Shown in pieces: positions 23,415-34,665 of a DNA stretch of 64,000 nucleotides. Numbering within the stretch: position 1 is the first letter of the stretch; each line of letters begins with the position of its first letter. The stretch lies in the NCBI GenBank assembly GCA_965112155.1, contig OZ218098.1. The stretch is one strand, 5' to 3'. The notes below the pieces were generated by a model. The model ran no database searches and was not told the origin of the DNA. It saw nothing but the letters and a program-made list of their open reading frames with translations. The position numbers and the translations under genes were made by a program. This DNA is from Podarcis liolepis (Eukaryota).

Positions 23415-26400
23415 TTATTATTTATATCCCGCCCATCTGGCTGAGTTTCCTCAGCCACTCTGGGCGGCTCCCAATCAAGTGTTAAAAACCGTACAGCATT
23501 AAATATTAAAAACTTCCTGTAATGTGTATGGGTTGCTCGTGCGTAAGTTGCCGCCTCTCCAGGCTTTGTTGCCTTGCTAAACCTTTCAGTCTGGGCAGCC
23601 CTTCACTTCGTGGCTGCCTCAGTCGCTAGCAGAATCCGTCAGTGGGCGTTTCTTAAATCTTTTCCAACATAAAAGTTGTTTGACACCCAGTCTCCTCCTA
23701 CTCTCTCTGTGCGGAAGTCTTCTGCGCAGGGTGGGCGTGGGTAGCGGAGGACCCGTGCTCTCCCCGCTGGTGTCCGGTGAAGAGTCCTGGAGCCCTCTCG
23801 CCGATTCCCCCATCAGCCCCTCTATATCCCTGGTGTTGCGCTGATTTGCTTCCCCATCTGCGGAGCTGCCTCTCTCCCTGCTGGGCCCTTCTCCAGCATC
23901 ATTTGAGAGCCTTCCCTCCGCCTCTAGCTCCGATGTCAGTTCCCTGACACTTCCCTAAACAGGGCTGCCTTCAGATGTCTTTTAAAGATCCTTCAGATGT
24001 CTTTTACAGTGATCTTTTAAAGGAATTTAAGAGGCAAGATTCATATACGTGGTACACACTGAGACAGGGACACGTTTGAAAATTAAGCACTTGTCCTACC
24101 ATTGCCCTCCTTCAAATCAAAACTGGTGATCTTTTCCTGTGAAAATGTTTGGGTGTGGTTCTAAACACCTGAAGCATGGAGAGTCCCTCCCCCCACCCCC
24201 GCTCCAACCCATTTGAATTGAATCCTGTGTTCTGATAACAGTTCTTATAGATGACTCTCCACCTATATGCTGATGGCTGTGACAGAGCTTTGGAGAATCC
24301 TTGCTTGTAAGCTGACACAATTTTTAGTAATTTTTGCCTTGGATGAGATTTGAACTGAAGCATGAGGTAGGTGTGTGTGGATTTTTTTCTACCTTATTCT
24401 CAGCTGTTTTTTTAAATATCTCCTCACAGAGGTCTTGGTCAAAGTTGTGGAGCTCTATTTCTGCGAACGGTGTGGGCAGAGCTTCTCTGACCCCGGCCTG
24501 CTTTCCCAGCATCAGTGCATTGAGCTTACCAGAGGACAACTTGCAAGCATCCCTCAACTCCAAGAGCTACCACTGGGCCTTACAAGCCAGAGCCTGGCTG
24601 TCTCTGGAGAGCAGTCGACAGTCCATGAGGCGCAAGCGCAGGGCTTGCTGGATAGAAGCAGGCAGGACCCTGAATTCTGTACCGATCCCCTCTTGTGCCC
24701 TGTTTGCCAGGTGGAGTTTGCCTTGCTCACTGAGCTGAAGGAGCATTTCAGGGACCACCAAAAACCTACGGGTCCCCAAGTCTGCTTTGAGGAAGGCTGT
24801 CATTTCAGCTCGGAGGATCGCAAGCAACTCCGGGGGCACCTGCGGCACGTCCACCAGGTGTGCCCAGTCACCTGCACCTACCGTGGCTGCTCGCTCTTGT
24901 TCCGAAGCCGAGAGGACATGGACCTTCACCGCAGAAGCCACTTCCCGTTTCACTGTAGGCGCTGTGACTTCATCAGCGGCAACACCAAGCAGTTTGGGCA
25001 GCACCGACACAGCCATCTGCAGGAGGCCACACAGCAGGATGTAGAGGCAGCACTGGAGACGGGAGCAGTCGCTGAGAGCACTGAGCACAGCTTCACTGCC
25101 ATAGTGGGGAAGCGGCTCACCCATCATCTGCTTCTAACATCAGGTACTTGGGGCTGAGGAAGAGACTAGGGTGGGCAGAAGGGGGGATGCTTTGTAGTGA
25201 TGCCAGACACCTACTTCTTAAAACCCCCACTGGATCCTAGGGGTCTCTTAACTCACTTTTATGACAGCTTCCACTTCACTTAGAGACAACGCCATAGGCA
25301 GAGGTAAAGGGGTGAAGCTCCATTAGTCAGCCAGCTTTGTGGAATGATATTATTTGTGGATGTGGAAAATTATAGCATGAAGAGATGCTGGTAGATTCTG
25401 AATAGTGAACCATGGCAGGGAAAGGGATTTGAAACGGTGGGAAAGTTGGGGGGAGTGCAGTAGTCGAGAGCAGCTCTCCCTTTGAAAACGCCCAATGTTT
25501 AATCCTCCTCTCTGTCAAACTATGAAGGTCTTATTTCCACTTTTTATGTGTTCTACTTCCCTGTTCTACTTCCCTTTGCCTGGTTCTCAATATGCATTTA
25601 TTTGCATGTTATCATTTGCTCATCTCAAGCCTTTTCTCTATAAAAAAATGGAGTCCCTGGTTTATATTTCATTTTCTTTCCAAGGAAGGGAAGAACCACT
25701 GAGCAAGGCTGAGAATTGCTTGGAAGTTCAGAGTGGTTGGGATGTGACTGAAATGGAGCCTGGCCTGGGGGCACATGTTGGTAGCAGTCATGTGCCTCCT
25801 GAGGACTCAGGACCCAAGGAAGACACAGGGGATGAATTTCAGGAGGAGGAGGAGGAGGTGGTGGTGGTGGTGGAGAAGGAGAGCTTTGAGAAGAAAGCAT
25901 CTTCTAAAAGAACAAAGGCTCAGCTGATCAAAGGTAGAGACTTGCATTCATTTGCGAGCAGTACAGTTTCTGGCATTTCTTAGAAAAGCTTTTCCAAACA
26001 GCAAATGCACAGGCATATTACAGCATGCCCTATATTTGAAGAGGGTCTCCCTGCCTGAACTGGTTGTTTTCTTTCCTGAGTTCAGAGGCAAACTACTTCA
26101 CACATTAGTTCCCACTTCTGCTTGGAAATCTATTCGTGATGCTTTCTTTTCTTTGGAGTGGGGTGGAGCATTGAATGCAATGGCTATTCTCCAGTGGGTG
26201 CTAACTGATTCCCAATTATCCCTAAATATCCTGAGCTACCAGAAGCTCTTAAGCATAGGGTGGGGTTTTTAGATAAATTTTATATCTGTAAAAAACCACC
26301 TCTACTGTTATAGGCCATTGCAATAAATTTTTATTGTAGGGTAGAGAGAACACGGGAAGAGATTGCAGGAGCAACTGTTATTGCTAGGCAGGCAAAATAG

Positions 26401-29400
26401 ACTTCTGGAGCATGACCAAAGGCCCTTTTATTCATTCCTCTGCACTTAAGGCATGCTCCTCTCATTGCAGAAGGTGCGGTTGAGGACTCCAAATACCTGT
26501 TCAAGACCCACATGTGTCCCGAGTGCAAGCGTTGCTTCAAGAAGCGGACTCACCTGGTGGAACACCTTCACCTCCACTTCCCTGACCCCAGGCTGCAGTG
26601 CCCAAACTGCCAGAAGTTCTTCACCAGCAAGAGCAAGCTGAAGATCCACATGATGCGTGAGAATGGGGAGAAGGCCCACCGCTGCCCGCTCTGCCACTAC
26701 AGCTCTGTAGAGAAGAATGCCCTCAACAGGCACATGGCCAGCATGCACGAGGACATCTCCAACTTCTACTCGGACGTCTACTCCTGTCCTGTGTGCAAGG
26801 AGACGTTCAAGCTTAGCCATGCCCTCAAGGAGCACCTGAAGACCCACAAGGCAGAGCCCAAGCAGCTGAGCTGCTTTCAGGCCGACTGCAGCTACAGCAC
26901 CGAGGACCGCAAGGACTTCCTGCGGCACGTCAGGGAGGCACACTACATCAAAGCAGTAGAGTGCAAGTACTATGCCTGCTCCCTTCTCTTCCCCACCGCA
27001 GAGGTCATGGAAGCGCATCGCAAGACGCACTACGCCTTCCACTGCCAGCAGTGCGACTTCATCTGCTCCAACAAGCACGTCTTCCGCAAGCATAAGAAGC
27101 AAGGCCACCCGGGGAGCGAGCAGCTCCAGTGCAGCTTCTGCCCCTTTGCCACATTCAACTCTGTGGAATTCCACGACCACGTGGGCAAGATGCATGCCAG
27201 TGAGAAGATCCACAAGTGCACTGAGTGCAACTTTGCCACGGCGCACAAGAGGGTCCTCATCCGCCACATGCTGCTCCACACAGGCAAGTTTGCTTCCCTG
27301 CATGGGGACTCCTAGGGAAGCTCTGGAACGTGTCTGCTTGTTTGCTTGTCCCCTTTGTCTCCTGCTGTCTCATAGTGCTCTGAACGGCAGGTCTGTAGTC
27401 CTAATTTTCCTTCTCCTACTTTTACCCTTTTCCACTATGGGGTCGGTTGCCTTATTTGTATACTGCAGGACTAGGGAGACCTAGGTTAATATCCCTGATT
27501 CACAGAAGCTTTCAATGGGTTTTTTCTTGGGTCAGTCACATATTCTCAGACTTAACTTGCCTCACAGGGTTTTTGTCGGGGGAGGTGGGAGCTGAGGTGG
27601 GAACTACAGGTGCCACCTCGTGCTCCTTAGAGGAAAGATGTGAAATAATGAAATTCATACCTTCTAAACTTGAAAGGAAGCTCCTTCCAGACCTCTACTT
27701 TGATCATTGTGATGAAGGGAGACTTAAAATTTAGATATAGATTGAGCTCCCACAGGTTAGACTTGTTTTTCTTGTACAAAATCCTGGCCTTCTGGGGTCC
27801 CCTTCATGCAGGTTCTGCCCCCACACCTCTTGTTGAAAGACCTAGATTCTGTACTGGAAAGGGACTGAGATTCTTTAGTAAAATTTAGGCAGATTTGCCA
27901 GATTTCCGAACTTTAGTTTGCCAACAGAATTTCAGTTCTGGTTGTAGAGTTCAACAGTCTTCAGTATAAAGTTAGATTCCCTGACTAGGCTTTTGTTGGG
28001 GTTTGCAATTTTTGGCAGCCCATTCCCCATTTTAGTTGCAATTTCCCACCAGCCTTTCTTTTTCCCAGCTAGCAGTCTTGGATGCAGCTAGGTGAAGGTG
28101 CTTAGGGCACTGCCGCATTTACCTGCCCACCCCAACCTCCCAGCAAGCCCCTCCAGAGCAGGAAGGTCTGGCAAGCAAAGGGCAGGAAGTGGAGAAGGAC
28201 TTTCCAGTTTGTGGCCCTGCATGGCGAAGGCACTCGCCATGGTGATGCAGCGGCCAAGCAGCCCTAGCCTTTCTCCCCACTTTGGAGTGAGAAAGAAGCA
28301 GGGATTGCTGTTTAGCTGATGGGATCATTGCCACTCACCTCTACACTTGCACTGTGGGAAGGCATGCTTGTTGCTTGTTAACACTAACTTGAGGTCAGTG
28401 CCACACATGGTTGAAACTTAGGCGGCATCCATACACAGTGACAGTATAGCAATACAGTGGTACCTCGGGTTACATACGCTTCAGGTTACAGACTCCACTA
28501 ACCCAGAAATGCTACCTCGGGTTAAGAACTTTGCTTCAGGATGAGAACAGAAATTGTGCTCCGGCAGCACGGCGGCAGTGGGAGGCCCCATTAGCTAAAG
28601 TGGTGCTTCAGGTTAAGAACAGTTTCAGGTTAAGAATGGACCTCTGGAACGAATTAAGTACTTAACCCAAGGTACCACTGTATGCTGTGGGAAGGAAGTG
28701 CTACTGTTTATTTTGCGGGGGTTTTTTTGTGGGGCGGGGCAAAGTAGGGCCTCGTTTTAAATTGAAAATCTGCTGCCCTCAAGGGGCACTGCGGGCAGGA
28801 CTGTCAATCCACAGCTTCCAGTTTGCTCTGTGACTTTAGGAGAGAAGCCTCACAAATGCCAGCTGTGTGACTTCACTTGCCGAGATGTGAGCTACCTTTC
28901 CAAGCATATGCTGACCCACTCTGACGACAAGAACTACATGTGCACCGAGTGTGGCTATGTGACAAAGTGGAAGCACTACCTGAACGTTCACATGCGGAAG
29001 CACACGGGAGATCTGAGGTACTGAGAGACCCCCTTCCCATTCCCCTGGCTTGTTTCCTGTATCAGGAAGTAATCTGTATGCAGAGCTGAGGCCTTTCTCC
29101 TTCCACGGCCTTGACCCACTCTTGTTTTGTGTGCAACCAGGTATCAGTGTAACCAGTGTTCCTACCGCTGCCACCGGGCCGACCAGCTGAGCAGCCACAA
29201 GCTGCGCCACCAGGGCAAGTCCTTGATCTGCGAGGTGTGTGGCTTTGCTTGCAAGCGCAAGTATGAGCTGCAGAAGCACATGCAGGCGAAACACTCCCAG
29301 AACTACCAGTCTCCCGTCTTCCAGTGTCAGTACTGCAGCTACCAGACCAAATACAAGCAAGCCCTGCTCAACCACGAGAACTGCAAGCACACCAAGCAGA

Positions 29401-32400
29401 GGGAGTTCCGTTGCGCCCTGTGCCCTTACCGCACCTTCAGCAATACCAGCCTTTTCTTCCACAAGCGCAAGGTCCACGGCTATGTGCCCGGTGACAAGGG
29501 CTGGCAGGAGAACTATGCCAGCAAGGAGCTGGAGGTCACCTCAACGGAGGTGCTGCTCAGTTACAACCTGGCCATGACCCTCCATGCTGAGCCCAGTCCC
29601 TCCCTCCCCAGGAGGCATGACAAAACCAAGGCCCTTGTTTCAGAGGTCCAGGAGGAGGATGGCCCCCAGGAGACTTTCATCATGTCTCTCTTTGGGAGTG
29701 AAGGCAATGCTGAGACCGGGAGAGAGGAAGTGGTCGGAGAGCAAGACCATAGTAAGACAGATGCAGCCCCTTCAGAGGAACTCTCAACCAAAGCCTTTCC
29801 GAAGGGCTCAGAGGAATTGGGCAGTATTGGGAAGCCCCTTCCGACTTGCACACTGCATCTGGAGACCCTGTGCAGCTCTGACCCAGAGCAGCTGGTTGAG
29901 GAGATGCCCGCAGCAATGCCAGACAGTGGGGCGGCCCAGAATTGTAAGGAGGTGGAATCGGCCTATGAAGCATTAGGTTCCAAGGACTCCCTCCTCCTGG
30001 AGGACAGCGAATCTGCTCTCGACGACATCCCTGACTTTGAGGAGGAGGCAGAGGTCCATGAGGATAGAGAGATGGAGCTGGAGAAAGGTGCTGGGTCAAG
30101 GACTGTTGAAGAGAACAAAAAAGATGCTCAACAGGATCTGGGGGACAGTAAGGGTGATGGGCGGGACTCTGAACTTCAGCAGGCACCACCCAGCCCTGAG
30201 CAGGGATTGGGGTGCAAAGAACCCAGTATACAGGAAGCTTGGCCAAAGGGGTCAAAGCAAGATTCTCTTCGACCTGTTACTGGCCACGAGACTCTCCTTG
30301 GCCCAGAAGATATGCTTCCTCCCTCTGAAGAAGGCTCCGATTCAGAATCTGTGCTGAAAGCTCTAAGGCGGCAGGACAAGGAGCAAGCGGAAACCCTGGT
30401 CCTGGAAGGCAGGGTGCAGATGTTGGTGGTTCAGTCCGAGAGCCGCGTCTTCAAGTGCGAGAAATGCTCTTACATCACCAGGAAGGAGAAGTCAATGCTG
30501 GTGCACTGCAAAGCTGGCTGTCAGGGCAGGAAATGCCCCTTGGTGTGCCAGGAGTGTGGGGCCATTTTCAAGCAGCAGAGAGGCCTGAATACCCACCTCC
30601 TTAAGAAATGTCCGGCCCTCGTGAAGAAGACTGGCGGGAAAGCAGCCTGCTTAGACCAGCCTGCTGCAGTACAGCCCAATGGCAAGAGCCTGGAAATAGC
30701 GGAGGCTAAGAAGAATGGGACAGGAGCCCCGGACGAGGAGGTGAGCAAGCTTCAAAAGGCTTCCTGGGATGCAGAACCGAGGCCTGTGAATGCCGAGTCT
30801 ACAGCCACTGTCCTTCCCAACACACAGTCCTTGGCCATCAGTTTGCAAGAGAAGCCATCTCAGGATGTCCCTGAAACCATGGTAGAAGAACAGTTGCCAG
30901 GAGTTACCGCTGACACAGCTAGCAATCCCTTGGAGAAATACTATGTGGAGCAGAGCAAGTTCCACTGCAAAGCCTGCTCTTTTGCCTGTTCGCGGGTGTC
31001 CACCATTCGCTCCCACGTAGAGGACGGCTGCCGTGGCTCAGAGCAGTTCTGCTGCCCATTGTGCTCTAAGCCGTTCCGTTCCAAGAGGGCCGTTAAGATC
31101 CACCAGTTGGAGGGGCACGTTGAAGCTCATCCCACCCAGCTGCTGGAAAGGACCAAGCGCACGGCGGACTCAGAGGGAGGAGATCAGCAAGCAAATGGAC
31201 AAATCATCTGCAAGGAGATGGGTCAGGCCAATGAGCCAGTGGGAGCAAGCTCTCCGCGCCCTGTGGCCACACACAAGAAGCGGCACTTCTCCTGCCCCTC
31301 CTGCCCCTTCACGTGCCACCAGGAGCGTGCCCTGAAGACCCACAAGAAGCGGGGCTGCCTGAAGCTGGGCGAGTTCCGCTGCACGCTGTGCCCCTTCACC
31401 TCCAAGGCTGCGGCAGCGCTCCGACTGCACCGCAAACTCCACCGCAAGTACTACAGCAGCCGGCCGCAGCTGGCCTGCCGCCAGTGTGACTTCACCTGCA
31501 AGCAGGTGCGCTGCCTGCGCCAGCACGTGCGCATCAAGCACGAGGGCGAGAAGCCCCACAAGTGCCCTTACTGCGAGTTCAGCACCACCCGGCGCTACCG
31601 GCTGGATGCCCACCAGTCCTTGCACACGGGCGTGGGCCGCATCGCCTGCCCCACCTGCGGCCAGACTTTTGGCACCAACTCCAAGCTGCGCATCCACCGC
31701 CTGCGGGTCCACGAGAAGAAGCCCACCCACTTCTGCCCGCTCTGCGACTACAGCGGCTACATCCAGAACGACATCACCCGCCACGTCAACAGCTGCCACC
31801 AGGGGGAGCTGAACTTTGCCTGCGCCCACTGCCAAGCCCGCTTCAGCTCGGAGACGGCCCTCAAGCAGCATGCCCTGCGCCAGCACGAGGAGAAGGTCTC
31901 CTACGCCTGCCCTCGCTGCGCCTTCGTCTGCCACAGCGAGGCCACCCTCAAGTGCCACGTCCAGAAGCAGCACCCGCACCTGGAGTGCGCCACCTGCAAG
32001 GCCACGCTGGCCACCCGCGAGGAGCTGGAGGAGCACAAGAAGCTGCACTTCAGCCACCGCTGCGACATCTGCAGCTATGCGGCCAAGGAGCGGCAGCAGC
32101 TGGTGAGCCACTACTTGGAGGCCCATGAGCCCCCCGCGGCCAGCGAGAGGCTGCTCAGGTGCTCCTTCTGCGACTTCAGTTGCTGCCACCAGCTGGTCCT
32201 GGACCACCACGTGAAGGGCCACGGTGGCACCCGCATCTACAAGTGCTCCGACTGCGAGTACGCCACCAAGAACAAGCAGAAGATCACGTGGCACATCCGC
32301 ATCCACACCGGGGAGAAGCCTTACAAGTGCCACCTGTGCCAGTACGCCTGCGCTGATCCTTCACGCCTCAAGGTGAGAGCCATCCATGCTCGGGATGATG

Positions 32401-34665
32401 GTTAATAATGATTGCCTTGCCTGATTTGTCCACTCCCTGCCCAATATGTACCTATCTGTTTTCCCTTTTGGAGGGACTTAACTTTAGCTTCATTTGTTCT
32501 GGTTTTAACTTCCTGTTATAAGATTTAATTGCCACCAGTGGAGGCAAAACCTATCCAGTAATTGCCTAATACGATGACCTTTCAGTGACAGACTATATGA
32601 AACATCTGTTGCTATCTGGGTTTTTTTTTCAGCCCAGCTAGACTGGCTGCTTCCAGTCTGTGATTCTGATCTCTTCCTCCTCTCTCGAAATCTTACAACT
32701 CTCTCTTATGCTTCAGCCAGTCTTGCCCTTCTCCTGCATGCATTTTGAAAGGTGGAAATGAAAAACAAAAACAAAAAACAAAGCTAAGGAGTGCCTCAGA
32801 TGCGGTGGGTTAAGTCTGGCCTTTGTTACTGTGACTTTTCAGTGCCTTACTGTCCGTAGTATTCCCTCTCTGTCGTCGTGCAAGAGGACTATCATCCAGG
32901 TTGCCTGCTAGGACCACTGGTCCACTGAGTGAATTACTTTTTTCTTTATACAATTTATCTCCTGCCCTTCCTCCCAAAGGAGCCCAGGGTACCTGTTGAT
33001 ACATTTGCTTCACTGTTTAGTCTTCCTTGTTTCCTGGGTTCATCATAATGTTCCAGTCAAGTAACTGGATTAAACCACTTGTGAGGTTGGTGTCCCACAT
33101 GTGTGACCCCCCCCCTTTGTCTCCCTCTCTGCCCAGTATCACATGCGCATACACAAGGAGGAGAGGAAGTACCTTTGCCCGGAATGCGGCTACAAGTGCA
33201 AGTGGGTGAATCAACTGAAGTACCACATGACAAAGCATACAGGCAAGTGCTTCACTGGAATATGGAGGTCTGGGCACTCAGGAGCTAGAAAGGGCAGCCT
33301 ATGTTCCTCTTGGGGGGATAAAGCCTTGCAGGGCCATGTGTTTTGTTCACATGATGTGAAGAACAGAACCTCTTGTAGCCTTCCAAAAGCTGTATGCAGA
33401 GGCAAACAGTTGGCATGGTCCAGATTTGATAGAGATTTCTTTCATCACAATTGGACTTAAGAGAGTAGGCACGGTGATCTGTAGATTCTTGAAGAAATGT
33501 GGCAGCAGTCTGTTCTGTGAAGAACTACACAGATTATTGTTCCTTGTGAGATGGTGCTGGTCCACCAATGCATCTATTTTGGGTGGGGACATCAGAGTAA
33601 AGAACTGACTGTATACGTATCTCACCGCAGGGATTTCTTACATGCTAACAGGTTTAGCCCATACCAGTTTCATGCCTGTCCCTGGGAGCGATTGTTGGAC
33701 CCTTGCAGGCTGAATGGCACTCTTGCTTTCATTGTTCCATCTCCAATCCTACTGGTTAATAATGCACTGAATGCCACACTGATGAAACTTGGGCCGTGCT
33801 TAGAGTATACCCATTGAAATCAACAGGCTTAAGTTAGCCATGTCCATTGATTTAATAGGTCTGCTCTGAGTCTGATACAACCGCTTATTTCCATTTGAGA
33901 GCATTTCTGCCTGGTAGCATTTGGGCTGCTGAAGGAGTTTTCATTAGAATTTGGGGTATTTTTGTAGCCATAGTTCCAAGGCCAACATATGAGGCTGCAG
34001 TAAAGGGTGGAGATTTGGGGACACTCCTTTCGCCAGGGCATTCACCATCCTGCAGAACATGGATGAGCGGCAATGTTGAGCACTGTTGAGGTGGAAGACA
34101 CATGGGCTGTGGCTTGGTTTTGATGGTCTGGCATCTCCCACCTGCTTCCAGTGTGTTGCTCTGTGCTTTCTACACAGGGATTAAGCCATATCAGTGTGAC
34201 GAGTGCGAGTACTGCACCAACCGTGCCGATGCCCTGCGCATCCACAAGGAGACGCGCCACCGCGAGGCCCGCTCTTTCATCTGCGAGCAGTGCGGGAAGG
34301 CCTTTAAGACTCGCTTCCTCCTCAAGACACACCTGAAGAAGCACAGCGAGGAAAAGCCGTACGTCTGCAACGTCTGCTACCGGGGTTTCCGGTGGGCAGC
34401 CGGCTTGCGGCATCACTATCTCACGCACACCAACGAGCACCCTTTCTTCTGCCGCTACTGCAGCTACAAAGCCAAGCAGAAGTTCCAAGTGATCAAGCAT
34501 CTGCAGAGGCACCACCCTGAGCAGGGCGGGACGGAGGGAGATCTCAGCAAAGGGGTGGGCAAGGACCCTAGTACACTTCCTGTCCACCTGCATGATGCTC
34601 AGCTGGAGATTCCCCCCTCCAAGCACCCAGAGGTGATCGAGGCCCAGGTGTCACCACATGGCTAA
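22046..34665 (+). CDS. ZNF142: Zinc finger protein 142 (multi-C2H2), about 2013 aa
   Basis: Exons 22046-22307, 24430-25143, 25685-25933, 26471-27283, 28840-29017, 29141-32372, 33137-33242, 34178-34665 total 6042 nt in frame. Signature segments FKTHMCPECKRCFKKRTHLVEHLHLHFPDP, YQCNQCSYRCHRADQLSSHKLRHQGKSL and AETLVLEGRVQMLV match ZNF142. The gene lies between BCS1L and PLCD4. The start codon and the end of exon 2 are less certain. Confidence 0.95.
23375..23990 (-). mobile_element. L2-like LINE 3' end with (TAA)n tail, interrupted by the solo LTR
   Basis: After removing the LTR the minus strand encodes FKRHLKAALFREVF, followed by the GCCGCCCAGAG..GGGCGG 3'UTR and a (TAT)n tail. Confidence 0.7.
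23518..23949. mobile_element. Solo LTR nested in an L2-like LINE tail
   Basis: TGT..ACA termini, perfect 5-bp TSD CTTCC (23513-23517 and 23950-23954), CpG-rich interior. Confidence 0.8.
28455..28680. mobile_element. Tc1/mariner (Tigger-like) MITE, same family as 3832-4073
   Basis: TA|CAGTGGTACCTCGGGTTA ... TAACCCAAGGTACCACTG|TA; interior is the reverse complement of the 3832 copy. Confidence 0.85.

Noticed and set aside
31170-32333. 387-aa antisense ORF (also 26446-27303, 24567-25127, 28836-29477, 34042-34626)
   Set aside because: These are shadow ORFs opposite GC3-rich ZNF142 zinc-finger exons, with low-information V/A/L/G-rich translations and no independent gene signals.
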